Shown here in pieces: positions 1 through 9,550 of a stretch of DNA of 56,439 bases (position 1 is its first letter; each line of letters begins with the position of its first letter). The DNA is taken from assembly GCA_046724655.1 (NCBI GenBank), contig JBKOWY010000099.1, forward strand, positions 1 to 56,439, written 5' to 3'. Under the pieces are notes generated by a model. That model ran no database searches. It worked only from the letters and a program-made list of their open reading frames with translations, and was not told the origin of the DNA. The translations under genes and the position numbers were made by a program. Source of the stretch: Actinomycetota bacterium. GTDB lineage: Bacteria > Actinomycetota > Acidimicrobiia > IMCC26256 > JACDBD01.

Positions 1-2
1 AG

Positions 3-677
3 CGTGCCCACGAGGAGCTGCTGGCCAAGGAGAAGGCCCACATGCGCGAGGGAGACCGGCTCGCGGCAGAGCGCCGGCGCCAGCCGATGCACGAGATCAC
101 CAAGGACTACCGCTTCGAGGGTCCTGACGGAGAGGTGATCCTGCTCGACCTGTTCGAGGGGCGCCGCCAGCTCGCGCTCTACCACTTCATGTTCGGCCCG
201 AGCCGCGATGAGGGCTGCGACGGCTGCTCGATGTTCGTCGATCAGCTCACCCGCCTCGCCCACCTGCAAGCGCGCGACACAACCTTCGTGCTGGTCTCGC
301 GCGCTCCGCTGGAGAAACTGGAGGCGTTCAAGCGCCGAATGGGATGGGACGAGATCCCGTGGTACTCCGACGGCAAGGGCGACTTCGGGGTCGACTTCGG
401 CTTCTCGCCCCCCGAGCCGCAGCCCGACCAGCATCAGGACGGCGAGATCTTCGGCTTCAACGTCTTCATCCGCGACGACGAGGGGCGCGTCTACCGCACC
501 TATTTCACCAACTGGCGTGGCGTGGAGGCGATCGGCACCGTCTGGAGCATCCTCGACCGTACCCCGCTCGGCCGCCAGGAGGAGTGGGAGGACACCCCCG
601 ACGGGCGCCCGCAGGGGCCGAAGTTCGGATGGTGGCGGCTGCACGATCGCTACGAGAACTCCAAGAAGCCGGCGTGA
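3..677 (+). CDS. DUF899 family thioredoxin-like protein (5' end truncated by window edge)
   Basis: Frame is open from the window start (RAHEELLAKEKAHMREGDRLAAERRR); LLDLFEGRRQL, YHFMF, GCDGCS and GRQEEWED...WWRLHDRY are typical DUF899 motifs. Confidence 0.85.
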   Translation, partial: RAHEELLAKEKAHMREGDRLAAERRRQPMHEITKDYRFEGPDGEVILLDLFEGRRQLALYHFMFGPSRDEGCDGCSMFVDQLTRLAHLQARDTTFVLVSRAPLEKLEAFKRRMGWDEIPWYSDGKGDFGVDFGFSPPEPQPDQHQDGEIFGFNVFIRDDEGRVYRTYFTNWRGVEAIGTVWSILDRTPLGRQEEWEDTPDGRPQGPKFGWWRLHDRYENSKKPA

Positions 678-769
678 GCGAGCGCCGGCCTCAGCGCAGC
701 GGCCTGCGAATGGGCCAATTCGCAAAGACGATGCGCGTTCGACCGGCATAGGGGGGTGCCTTGGCCTCC

Positions 770-1090
770 ATGCATTTGTCAGTGACGCGGGTCCGCGTCG
801 ACAACGACGAGCTCGAGCCCGACGTCACGGCCGGAGATCTAGAAGTCATCCGCAACGATCGTGGAGAAGTCCCAGGCTTGCTCACTTGGTCCCTCACCTT
901 CCTTACAACCGACGAGCCCTGGCACCACGGCCTTGGTGAGTGTCAGCTCGTAATCGACGTCGACGGTGGTCGCCGGTTTCGGGGCCGCGCCGTTCTCGTC
1001 CGATCCGACGAGGGGCGGTGGCACTACTTCAACGGCGTCGGGAAGCTCGAGGGTCCCGAGCCCTCTAGGTCCGACTCACGAACCGACTAG
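770..1090 (+). CDS. Hypothetical beta-rich protein
   Basis: ORF 761..1090 with protein-like composition; ATG at 770 preferred; no family recognised. Confidence 0.55.
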   Translation: MHLSVTRVRVDNDELEPDVTAGDLEVIRNDRGEVPGLLTWSLTFLTTDEPWHHGLGECQLVIDVDGGRRFRGRAVLVRSDEGRWHYFNGVGKLEGPEPSRSDSRTD

Positions 1091-1365
1091 CGAAGCAGTG
1101 AGCACGACCGAGCAGAACATGGCGGTTCATAGAACAGGCGCTCGCCGTGCATCAATCCATCTTTGAAAGGCACGATGTTCACTAGCGGGATCGTGAACTC
1201 TCGTCGCGTCGGTGCAACCGTGAGCCAAGGTCCTTTCATCGTCCAGTGCAGGTGTCCGAACGCCACGACCACGTCGTCGCCGAACGCGACGCCGCCGGAT
1301 GTCGGACCTAGGTCCAGGAACGCACCGAAGAGCTCCTCGTAGGCTCGCGTGGCGGCGTCTCGGTC
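1087..1365 (-). pseudogene. Remnant of SnoaL/NTF2-like ester cyclase (N-terminus missing)
   Basis: Frame reads DAATRAYEELFGAFLDL...VAFGDDVVVAFGHLHWTMKGPWLTVAPTRREFTIPLVNIVPFKDGLMHGERLFY, resembling a SnoaL-like C-terminal half; no proper start; degenerate tail. Confidence 0.6.
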
Positions 1366-1568
1366 ACGTCGCCGGGGACCGAGCCGACGGGGATGCCGAC
1401 GGGGTTCTTGGTCCTGGTCTCAATCGTCGACACCGTGCCGCTGTTCCTGTTGGTGACCAAGGCGGTCGGGCGACACCGCCCACGTGGCGGCACGGCCGAC
1501 ACTTCGCGCGCCTGGACCCCACCCACCAGTGCGCCCGCCAACCCGAGCACAGAACCCCACGAACCCAC
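1366..1568 (-). pseudogene. Truncated secreted YVTN beta-propeller repeat protein
   Basis: Hydrophobic N-terminus then a single ALVTNRNSGTVSTIETRT..GIPVGSVPGDV repeat that runs out of frame into the SnoaL remnant. Confidence 0.55.
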
Positions 1569-1950
1569 AGCATCCCTGCCTCCCGCCGCGCTGTTCCCCG
1601 AGCGACCAATTGGGCGACCAGGACGGCGTACGTCGCATTTGGTTTTGCGACTAGGAAGGTCCGGACCTCAACGCTTCGGCGACAAGACGGCCCGACGGGC
1701 CTTCCGGTTCACTACTCAGGTTCTTCGGAACCTCTTCGAGATTCCCGCCGAGTTGAGGCGGCTGGAAGGTGAAGACGATGAAGGCGCGCACGCCCTTGAG
1801 TAGCTCGCGCCGAGCGGGTCGCGGTCACAGGCTGGTCACGGAAAGTTGCGGACGGCCGGATTCGCCAGCACGACGGCACTTGACCGGGCCCGAATCCCGT
1901 ACGAAACAAGGCCGCCATGGACTGCACGGACAGGACCGGATAGTGCTCTG

Positions 1951-1970
1951 CTGACGGAGCGTTAGATTCT
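1951..1970. promoter_or_regulatory. Imperfect palindromic operator CTGAC-N5-GTTAG
   Basis: Reverse complement agaatctaacgctccgtcag matches 23275-23294 (agaatctgacgacccgtcag) at 17/20; lies upstream of SDR-ligase-cyclase operon. Confidence 0.55.
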
Positions 1971-2008
1971 CGCCAGGGGGCCGGATTGGCAGCCCAGAAG
2001 GGGGATGC

Positions 2009-2758
2009 ATGCCGCGATTCGCGGACCAGGTCGCGGTCGTGACGGGGGCGGGCTCGGGGCTCGGGCGCGCCACCGCCCATCGCTTTGCCGACGAGGGAGC
2101 GGCGATCGCCGTGTTCGACATCGCCGCCGACGCCGCCGAGAAGGCCGCAGCGGAGATCGGGGAGCGGGGCGCGACCGCCCGGGCTTACACAGTCGACGTC
2201 ACCGACCCCAAGGCAGCGAAAGAAACAGTCGACGCCGCCGCCGCCGATCTCGGCCGCCCGCAGGTGCTCGTCAACTCGGCCGGTATCGGCGGGTTCGCCC
2301 ACACCGTCGACGAGACGTTCGAGCGTTGGTCGGCGATCATCGGCGTCAACCTCACCGGCACCTTCCTCATGTGCCAGGCGACGCTGCCGTACCTCCTCCA
2401 CGGCGGCGGGGCCATCGTCAATGTTGCATCCAACGCCGGTCTCATGGGTCAGCCGTACTCGGCCGCTTACTGCGCATCGAAGGGTGGGGTCGTCAATCTC
2501 ACGCGTGCGCTTGCGCTCGAGTACGTGAAACGGGGTGTGCGCGTGAACGCTGTCGCCCCCGGTGGGATGAACACGCCGATGATCGCCGGGTTCTCCATGC
2601 CCGAAGGCGTCAATCTCAAGGAGTTCGCGCGCGTGACATCACCGCTCGGGTACGCCGAACCCGAAGAGCTCGCCGGACTGATCGCGTACATCGCCTCTGA
2701 TGACGCCAAGTACATGGTCGGGAGCATCGTGTCGATGGACGGCGGGATCACCGCGTGA
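2009..2758 (+). CDS. SDR family NAD(P)-dependent oxidoreductase
   Basis: TGAGSGLG, NSAG, YCASK motifs. Confidence 0.95.
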   Translation: MPRFADQVAVVTGAGSGLGRATAHRFADEGAAIAVFDIAADAAEKAAAEIGERGATARAYTVDVTDPKAAKETVDAAAADLGRPQVLVNSAGIGGFAHTVDETFERWSAIIGVNLTGTFLMCQATLPYLLHGGGAIVNVASNAGLMGQPYSAAYCASKGGVVNLTRALALEYVKRGVRVNAVAPGGMNTPMIAGFSMPEGVNLKEFARVTSPLGYAEPEELAGLIAYIASDDAKYMVGSIVSMDGGITA

Positions 2759-4302
2759 TTACCGACGCCAGGAGCCTCTGGGAGCTGATCGAGCGACGGG
2801 TCAGCGAGACGCCCGATGCGGCGCTGGGCATCGACGAGGACGGGCGCACGATGACGTACGCCGAGTACCGCGATGCTGCGGAGCGCGCCGCCGCCGGTCT
2901 GGCTCAGCTCGGTGTCGGAGAAGGCACGCCGGTGTCATGGGCCCTCCCCACATGGCTCGAGTCGCTCGTGCTCGTGGGCGCTCTCTCTCGGCTCGGCGCG
3001 GTGCAGAACCCCATCCTGCCGATCTATCGCCATCGCGAGGTCGGCTTCGTGACCAAGCAGACGGGAGCGAAGCTGCTCATCGTCCCGTCGACATGGAAAG
3101 GGTTCGACTACGAGGGCATGGCGCGCGAGATCGCCGCCGCGCAGCCGGAGCTCGACGTCCTGATCGTCGATCGCAAGTTGCCCGACGGCGATCCGGCGTC
3201 GCTTCCGCCACCGGCCATGCCGCAGGAATCTCCGGAGGAAGCGCCGGTGCGGTGGGCGTTCTACACGTCGGGCACCACGGCAGATCCGAAGGGCGCGCAG
3301 CACACGGACCGCACGATCATGGCGTCGGCGTACGGCATGACGAAGGCGCTCGCGCTCGAACCGGACGACGTCAGCGCGCTCGTCTTCCCGTTCACGCACA
3401 TCGGCGGGATCGGCTGGCTGTTCAGCTCGATGATGGTGGGCTTCAAGACGATCGTCATCGAGGCGTTCGATCCCGCGGCGACGATCCCGGTGCTGCGACG
3501 CGCGGGCGTCACGCTGGCCGGCGCCGGCACGCCGTTCCACATGGCGTACCTGGCGGCGCAACGCCAGAACCCGGGGGAGAAGCTGTTCCCCAACGCGCGG
3601 GCTTTCCCCGGCGGCGGCGCGGCCAAGCCCGTGCAGCTGCACTACGACGTGAAGAAGGAGCTCGGCGGCGTCGGCGTGGTCTCCGGCTACGGGCTCACGG
3701 AGTGCCCGATCCTCGCGATGTCGACGGTGGAGGATCCCGACGTGAAGCTGGCCGAGACCGAAGGGCGCACCACGCCCGGGGTCGAGGTCAAGGTCGTGAA
3801 ACTCGACGGGTCCGTCGCGCCGCCGGGCGAGGAAGGGGAGATCCGCGTCAAGGGTCCGATGCTCTTCCGCGGCTACATCGACTCGTCGCTCGACGCCGAG
3901 GCGTTCGACGAAGACGGCTGGTTCCGCACCGGCGACCTCGGGTTCCAGGACGCCGACGGCTACATCGCCATCACCGGCCGGCTCAAGGACGTGATCATCC
4001 GCAAGGGCGAGACGATCAGCGCCAAGGAGGTCGAGGACCTGCTCTTCACGCACCCGGGGATCGGCGACGTGGCGGTGATCGGGCTGCCCGACGACGCTTC
4101 GGGGGAGCGGGCGTGCGCGATCGTCGTGCCCGCCGACAAGGAGGCGCCGCCGAACCTCGAGGACGTCTTCGACTTCTGCACCAACGCCGGGCTCATGACC
4201 CAGAAGATCCCCGAGCAGCTCGAGATCGTCGACGTCCTGCCGCGCAACGCGACTGGCAAGGTCCTCAAGCACGAGCTCCGCAAGCAGTACGCGGCGACGT
4301 AG
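2755..4302 (+). CDS. Acyl-CoA synthetase (cyclohexanecarboxylate-CoA ligase-like)
   Basis: YTSGTTADPKG, GYGLTE, TGDLG, GRLKD, NATGKVLK; GTGA overlap with SDR. Confidence 0.93.
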   Translation: MITDARSLWELIERRVSETPDAALGIDEDGRTMTYAEYRDAAERAAAGLAQLGVGEGTPVSWALPTWLESLVLVGALSRLGAVQNPILPIYRHREVGFVTKQTGAKLLIVPSTWKGFDYEGMAREIAAAQPELDVLIVDRKLPDGDPASLPPPAMPQESPEEAPVRWAFYTSGTTADPKGAQHTDRTIMASAYGMTKALALEPDDVSALVFPFTHIGGIGWLFSSMMVGFKTIVIEAFDPAATIPVLRRAGVTLAGAGTPFHMAYLAAQRQNPGEKLFPNARAFPGGGAAKPVQLHYDVKKELGGVGVVSGYGLTECPILAMSTVEDPDVKLAETEGRTTPGVEVKVVKLDGSVAPPGEEGEIRVKGPMLFRGYIDSSLDAEAFDEDGWFRTGDLGFQDADGYIAITGRLKDVIIRKGETISAKEVEDLLFTHPGIGDVAVIGLPDDASGERACAIVVPADKEAPPNLEDVFDFCTNAGLMTQKIPEQLEIVDVLPRNATGKVLKHELRKQYAAT

Positions 4303-4306
4303 CGGT

Positions 4307-4353
4307 TTTTGGCGCCGCGTACATACCTCATGCGTATGTAGACGGCGCCAAAA
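4307..4353. repeat. Intergenic REP-like palindrome
   Basis: ttttggcgccg...cggcgccaaaa outer arms with inner tacatac/gtatgta pairing; abuts the aggagg RBS of the cyclase gene. Confidence 0.7.
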
Positions 4354-4365
4354 GGAGGGACTGAG

Positions 4366-5295
4366 ATGCCCCTGCCCGACGAGCTGAAGGAGCTGGCGAA
4401 GCGGGTCTCGAACTGGGGCCGGTGGGGCGCCGACGATCAGCGCGGCACGCTGAACTTCATCACTCCCGAGGCGGTGCAGCGGGGCGCAGCCGCGGTGCGG
4501 CGAGGGGTCACGTTCCCGCTGTCGATCCTGTACGACGAGGACGGCCCGCAGACGGGAGCAATCCCGGGCCGGATCAACCCCAAACACACGATGATCATGG
4601 CCAACGCCGCGTTCACCGGAGACCCGGCCGACTTCACGACCAGCGACGACCTCGTCGAGATGGGCGTGCAAGCCGCCACGCACTGGGACGCCCTCGCGCA
4701 TGTCGGCTACGAGGGCCTGCTCTACAACAACACGCCCGACTCAGTTGTTACCCAGGAGGGTGGGGCGACGAGGCTCGGGATCGAGCACTACGGGCCGATC
4801 GTCACCCGCGGCGTCCTCCTCGACATCGCGCGCCTGATCGGCGTCGACGTGTTCGAGGACAACTACGCCATCGGCGGTGACGACCTGGCCGCGGCAGAAC
4901 GGCAAGCGGGGGTCACGGTCGAGTCGGGGGACGCCCTGCTCGTGCGGACCGGGCAGATCGAGTGGCTGCGTCGCGGCGACAAGCAACGGTTCAACGACCC
5001 GAGCCCGGGGCTCGGCGCCGGCGCGATCGAGTACCTGCGCGACAAGGAGGTGGCGGCCGTCGCCACCGACACCCTCGTGTTCGAGGTGTGGCCGTGCGAG
5101 GACCCGGCCGTCATGCTCCCGGTGCACATGATCGACCTGCGCGACATGGGCCTCGTGCAGGGTCAGCTCTGGCACCTGGACGACCTCGCCGCCGACTGCG
5201 CCGGTGACGGCGTCTACGAGTTCTTCCTCTCCGCGACCCCGCTGCCCATCACGCACGCCGTCGGGGGCCCGGTGGCGCCGACCGCCACGAAATAG
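4366..5295 (+). CDS. Cyclase family protein (kynurenine formamidase-like metal hydrolase)
   Basis: SNWGRWGADDQRGTLN, QAATHWDALAH, RGVLLD, GDALLVRTG motifs; strong RBS. Confidence 0.92.
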   Translation: MPLPDELKELAKRVSNWGRWGADDQRGTLNFITPEAVQRGAAAVRRGVTFPLSILYDEDGPQTGAIPGRINPKHTMIMANAAFTGDPADFTTSDDLVEMGVQAATHWDALAHVGYEGLLYNNTPDSVVTQEGGATRLGIEHYGPIVTRGVLLDIARLIGVDVFEDNYAIGGDDLAAAERQAGVTVESGDALLVRTGQIEWLRRGDKQRFNDPSPGLGAGAIEYLRDKEVAAVATDTLVFEVWPCEDPAVMLPVHMIDLRDMGLVQGQLWHLDDLAADCAGDGVYEFFLSATPLPITHAVGGPVAPTATK

Positions 5296-5347
5296 AAATC
5301 GGCGTCCCCCATCTCACGAAACCCCGGTCCCGAGCGTTGAAGAGAGA

Positions 5348-5821
5348 GTGAGCCCGCCCCCCTTCCAGACCTTCCTCGAGCGGCATCGGGACGCCGTGTA
5401 CCGGTTCCTCGTGTTCTCGGTCGGGCCCGACACGGCCGACGACTGCCTCCAGGAAACGTTCACGGCGGCACTCCGCGCCTATCCGCGACTCACGGACGGC
5501 TCGAACCTGCGGGCCTGGGTGCTGACGATCGCCCACCGCAAGGCGATCGACGCCCACCGCAGCCGGGGCCGGCGGCCGGTGCCCCTGCCCGAGCTGCCGG
5601 ACCAACCGGCGCCGGCGGTGCCGGTGCCCGACCCCGGCCTCTGGGAAGCCGTGAGCAAGCTGCCACCGAAGCAGCGCGCCGCCATCGTGCTGCGCTTCGT
5701 GTCCGACCTCCCGTTCCGGCAGATCGGCAGCATCTTGGAGTCCTCCGAAGCAGCGGCGCGCCAGAACGTGCGCGAGGGACTCGCGCGGCTACGAGAGGAG
5801 TACACCGATGACGAACGCTGA
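5348..5821 (+). CDS. ECF-type RNA polymerase sigma factor
   Basis: ADDCLQETF..A, NLRAWVLTIAHRKAIDAHR (region 2); LPPKQRAAIVLRF..IGSIL (region 4); GTG start at 5348 inferred. Confidence 0.9.
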   Translation: MSPPPFQTFLERHRDAVYRFLVFSVGPDTADDCLQETFTAALRAYPRLTDGSNLRAWVLTIAHRKAIDAHRSRGRRPVPLPELPDQPAPAVPVPDPGLWEAVSKLPPKQRAAIVLRFVSDLPFRQIGSILESSEAAARQNVREGLARLREEYTDDER

Positions 5822-6425
5822 CCTCTCCGACCTCGAAGCCGCGCTTCGCCGCGGCTCGACCGTTGACGTCGCTGTGCCTGCCGACGCTGCCACACGCGCC
5901 GCGATCGCCGCCGCCGACCGAGCCGGTCTCGTGGACGTTGCCATCGGAAGTGTCGACTCGCCCGTGGGGGAGCTGTTCGTCGCGGTGACAGCTCGCGGCC
6001 TCGTGCGCCTCGCGTTCGACCCGGAGCAGCTGCGGGTGCTCGACGACCTGGCGGCACGCATCTCGCCGCGTGTCGTCGAGGCGAGCTCGCGGGTCGACCC
6101 GGTTCGCCGGGAGCTCGACGAGTACTTCGCCGGCCGTCGTCGGCAGTTCGACCTGGCTGTCGACCTTTCGCTCACCAGCGCATGGGGGCGGCGCGTGCTC
6201 GAAGCGACGGCCCGTGTCCCCGCCGGGCAGGTCACCACCTACGGCGCACTGGCGGCGAAGGTCGGGAAGCCCCGCGCCGCCCGGGCGGTGGGCAACGCAG
6301 TCGCCACGAACCCGGTTGCGATCGTCGTGCCGTGTCACCGCGTCGTGCCCGCGGGCGGCGGGGTCGGCAACTACGGCGGCGGTCCCGAGCGCAAGGCTTT
6401 CCTGCTCGAACTCGAGCGAGGTTGA
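5808..6425 (+). CDS. ogt: Methylated-DNA--protein-cysteine S-methyltransferase
   Basis: PCHRV active site, TYGALA, RAVGNA..NP motifs. Confidence 0.95.
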   Translation: MTNADLSDLEAALRRGSTVDVAVPADAATRAAIAAADRAGLVDVAIGSVDSPVGELFVAVTARGLVRLAFDPEQLRVLDDLAARISPRVVEASSRVDPVRRELDEYFAGRRRQFDLAVDLSLTSAWGRRVLEATARVPAGQVTTYGALAAKVGKPRAARAVGNAVATNPVAIVVPCHRVVPAGGGVGNYGGGPERKAFLLELERG

Positions 6426-6440
6426 TCGCACGCCGTTAGC

Positions 6441-7550
6441 GTGGCGCCGTTGTCGAATCGATCTGCGCGTGCCTTGGTGCTCGAACACCCGCGCACACTT
6501 GTGGCGCGCGAGTTGCCAGTGCCCGAGACGAGCGACGACGACGCCCTGCTGCGTGTCGAGGCGTGCGGACTGTGCGGCACCGACCACGAGCAGTACACGG
6601 GCCATCTCCCGGCCGGGTTCGCGTTCGTGCCCGGACACGAGACCGTCGGCGTGATCGAACGGATCGGGGATACGGCAGCTCAGCGGTGGGGTGTCGCGCC
6701 CGGCGACCGCGTCGCCGTCGAGGTGTTCCAGTCGTGTCGTGTGTGCGAGGCGTGCCGTGCCGGTGCGTACCAGCGCTGCGAGCGGCACGGGCTCGCCGAC
6801 ATGTACGGCTACATCCCGGTCGACAAGCCGCCGGGTCTGTGGGGCGGGTACGCGCAGTACCAGTACCTCGGGCCCGACGCGATCGCGCATCGCGTCCCAG
6901 ACGCGATCGACCCTGTTGTGGCCACGCTGTTCAATCCGCTCGGCGCCGGGGTGCGCTGGGGCGTGACCGTGCCGGGCACGAAGCCCGGTGATGTCGTCGC
7001 CGTGCTCGGTCCCGGGGTGCGCGGCCTGTCGGTTCTAGCAGCGGTGCGGGACGCCGGCGCCGGCCTCGTGATGGTGACGGGGCGCGGCGCGCGTGACGCG
7101 GAACGCCTCGCTGTGGCGCGCGACTTTGGCGCCGATCTGGTCGTCGACACCGCCGACACGGATCCGACGCGTGCGCTCCGAGATGCGACGGGCGGGCTCG
7201 CGGACGTCGTCGTCGACGTCACCGCGAAGGCGCCGGAGGCGTTCGCGCAGGCCGTCGCGCTCGCCCGTCCCGCAGGGACGGTCGTCGTCGCCGGCACCCG
7301 AGGCTCCCCGGCGCCGCCGGACTTCTGGCCCGACCACATCGTGTTCAAGGAGCTGCGGATCCTGGGTGCGCTCGGCGTCGATTCGCCCGCGTACCGCGCC
7401 GCACTCGAACTGCTTGCGGCTGGCCGTTACCCGTTCGCCGATCTTCCCCGTCGCGTCGCAGGCCTCGATGACGCGGAAGAGCTCATCCAGTCGCTCGCCG
7501 GCGAAGGCGACGTACCCCCGCCGGTCCACGGGGTGGTCGTGCCGGGCTAG
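6441..7550 (+). CDS. Zinc-binding alcohol dehydrogenase family protein
   Basis: CGLCGTD, GHE, CxxCxxC..C, GPGVRG; start may be TTG 6450 (leaderless after tagcgt). Confidence 0.92.
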   Translation: MAPLSNRSARALVLEHPRTLVARELPVPETSDDDALLRVEACGLCGTDHEQYTGHLPAGFAFVPGHETVGVIERIGDTAAQRWGVAPGDRVAVEVFQSCRVCEACRAGAYQRCERHGLADMYGYIPVDKPPGLWGGYAQYQYLGPDAIAHRVPDAIDPVVATLFNPLGAGVRWGVTVPGTKPGDVVAVLGPGVRGLSVLAAVRDAGAGLVMVTGRGARDAERLAVARDFGADLVVDTADTDPTRALRDATGGLADVVVDVTAKAPEAFAQAVALARPAGTVVVAGTRGSPAPPDFWPDHIVFKELRILGALGVDSPAYRAALELLAAGRYPFADLPRRVAGLDDAEELIQSLAGEGDVPPPVHGVVVPG

Positions 7551-7568
7551 CACATCGGCGGAGAGCCG

Positions 7569-7895
7569 TTACGCGCCCGGTGGCCGGTATTTGATTTGGT
7601 CGGCTATGCGCATGGCATCCATCGTCTCGTCGACGGTGAGGAGCACTGTCGTGTCGAATGAGCTCAACGCACCGCCGCCCGTGATCGCCAGGGCAACCGC
7701 GGCCATGGACACGTTGTCGGGCGCCTCCCACAGGCTGTAGCCGTCGTGCTTGCCGAAGGCGTACCAAAAGCCATGGAGCTTCCCACCGACCGACTCGATG
7801 TACGACTGAGCTGCCTGTCGGCGGTCCTCCGGGTTGCCGATCAGCCTCGCCCAAGTCTCCGCCGTGTAACTGAACCTCGTGAGATACAGCGGCAC
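7569..7895 (-). CDS. GYD domain-containing protein
   Basis: LYLTRFSYT..W..LI..PEDR, GGKL.GFWYAFGKHDG; RBS gaggag. Confidence 0.85.
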   Translation of the reverse strand: MPLYLTRFSYTAETWARLIGNPEDRRQAAQSYIESVGGKLHGFWYAFGKHDGYSLWEAPDNVSMAAVALAITGGGALSSFDTTVLLTVDETMDAMRIADQIKYRPPGA

Positions 7896-7910
7896 GGTCT
7901 CTCCTCTCGT

Positions 7911-8723
7911 TTAGCGCTCGGTCGGCGGGCGCCATTGCGGCTCCCGCTTCTCGGCGAATGCGCTCGGTCCTTCCTCCTGGTCGGGGTGGCCCCACATCGA
8001 CACCAGCTCGCGGGCACCGGCACGGCATGCATCGGTCAGCCCGAGCTCGAGCGCGCCCCACAGCGCGCGCTTCGTCGCCCGCATGGCGGCGGGGGAGTTG
8101 CGGGCGATCTTCTCGCCGAGGGCCTGGGCCTCCTCCCGTAGCCGCTCCGGCGGGTCTACGACCTGGCTGATCATCCCGAGCTCATAGGCCCGTTGCGCCG
8201 ACAGGCGTTCGTGGCGGCCGACGAACGCCATGCGCATCACCGCTTCGACGGGCATCTTGCGCAGTAACCCGATCGCTTCGAGCGCGACGACCTGCCCGAT
8301 GGAGACGTGCGGGTCGAAGAACGCGGCGTCGGACGCGGCGATGACGATATCGGCGTCGGCGATCCAATGGAACCCGCCGCCCGCGCACACGCCGTTGACG
8401 GCCGTGATCACGGGCTTCCAGACTTGCTGGTGCCACGACGTGAAGTGAAGATCGAAGTCCTCGAGCGAGCGCCGGTAGCGCTCCATCCCCACGCCGTCGC
8501 TGGCGATCTCGCTCACGTCGACGCCAGTCTGGAAGGCACGACCCTCGCCCGTGTGCACGATCACTCGCACCTCCGGGTCGCGGTCGAGCTCAGTCCAGGC
8601 GAGTGCGAACTCGTCACGCATACCCGCCGACATGGCGTTGAGCCGCTCGGGCCGGTTGTTGATGAGCCATCCGACCGGACCGCGCCGTTCGACTATCAGG
8701 CTCTCGAACCCCGGATAAGTCAC
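7911..8723 (-). CDS. Enoyl-CoA hydratase/isomerase (crotonase) family protein
   Basis: NRPERLNA, AFQTGVD, KPVITAVNG.CAGGG; His at both usual Glu positions. Confidence 0.93.
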   Translation of the reverse strand: MTYPGFESLIVERRGPVGWLINNRPERLNAMSAGMRDEFALAWTELDRDPEVRVIVHTGEGRAFQTGVDVSEIASDGVGMERYRRSLEDFDLHFTSWHQQVWKPVITAVNGVCAGGGFHWIADADIVIAASDAAFFDPHVSIGQVVALEAIGLLRKMPVEAVMRMAFVGRHERLSAQRAYELGMISQVVDPPERLREEAQALGEKIARNSPAAMRATKRALWGALELGLTDACRAGARELVSMWGHPDQEEGPSAFAEKREPQWRPPTER

Positions 8724-9550
8724 GCCCTTGCCCCCTCATCGTCGACCTCGATCGGCTCGAGTGGCTGCCAGACCGGCTCGCGCTTCTCCGCGAACGCCCG
8801 TGGGCCCTCCTCCTGATCGGGATGACCCCACAACGACGCGACCGCCCGGGCACCGGCACGACACGCGTCCGTCAGCCCGACGTCGAGCGCGCCCCACAGT
8901 GCCTGCTTCGTGACTCGCATTGCTGCCGGCGAGTTACGGGCGATCTCCTCCGCCAGCAGCTGCGCCTCGTCACGCAAACGGTCCGGCGGATCGACGACCT
9001 GGGACAGGATGCCGAGCTGTCTGGCCCGCGACGCTTCGATCTGTTCGTGCACTCCCGCGAGCCCCATGCGAACGATCGGCTCCATCGGTGACTTGCGGAT
9101 CAATCCGATCGCCTCGTACGCGCTCACTTGACCGAGCGAGACGTGCGGGTCGACGAACACGGCGTTCGACGACGCGATTACGACGTCGGCGTCCGCCACG
9201 AAATGGAGGCCACCACCGGCGCACGCGCCGTTGACAGCCGCGATCACCGGCTTCCACACCTCGTTGTGCCATGCCGTGAGCCGAAGGGTGGCGTCCCTCG
9301 TGCGGCGCGACTGCTCGCGCAGCACGTCCTTGTCCTGACTGAGCTGCGCGACGTCCAACCCGGTCTGGAACGCCCGCCCGTTCCCGGTGTTCACGATGAC
9401 CCGCACCGCCGGGTCGCGGTCGAGCTCCCTCCATGCGTCCTCGAGCTCGGCGAACATCGTCGCGTCCATCGCGTTCCCGACGTCCGGCCGGTCGAAGATC
9501 AGCCAACCGACGGGACCGCGCCGCTCGACGTCGAGCGTTCGGTACGTCAC
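8720..9550 (-). CDS. Enoyl-CoA hydratase/isomerase family protein (tandem paralogue)
   Basis: Same motifs as neighbour; very similar C-terminus (WGHPDQEEGP.AFAEKREP.W). Confidence 0.93.
   Translation of the reverse strand: MTYRTLDVERRGPVGWLIFDRPDVGNAMDATMFAELEDAWRELDRDPAVRVIVNTGNGRAFQTGLDVAQLSQDKDVLREQSRRTRDATLRLTAWHNEVWKPVIAAVNGACAGGGLHFVADADVVIASSNAVFVDPHVSLGQVSAYEAIGLIRKSPMEPIVRMGLAGVHEQIEASRARQLGILSQVVDPPDRLRDEAQLLAEEIARNSPAAMRVTKQALWGALDVGLTDACRAGARAVASLWGHPDQEEGPRAFAEKREPVWQPLEPIEVDDEGARA

Noticed and set aside
2700-4701. Long alternative-frame and antisense ORFs (e.g. 2700..4364+, 2935..4701-, and similar ones throughout)
   Set aside because: Arg/Gly/Pro-rich shadow ORFs expected in high-GC DNA; they overlap genes with clear motifs
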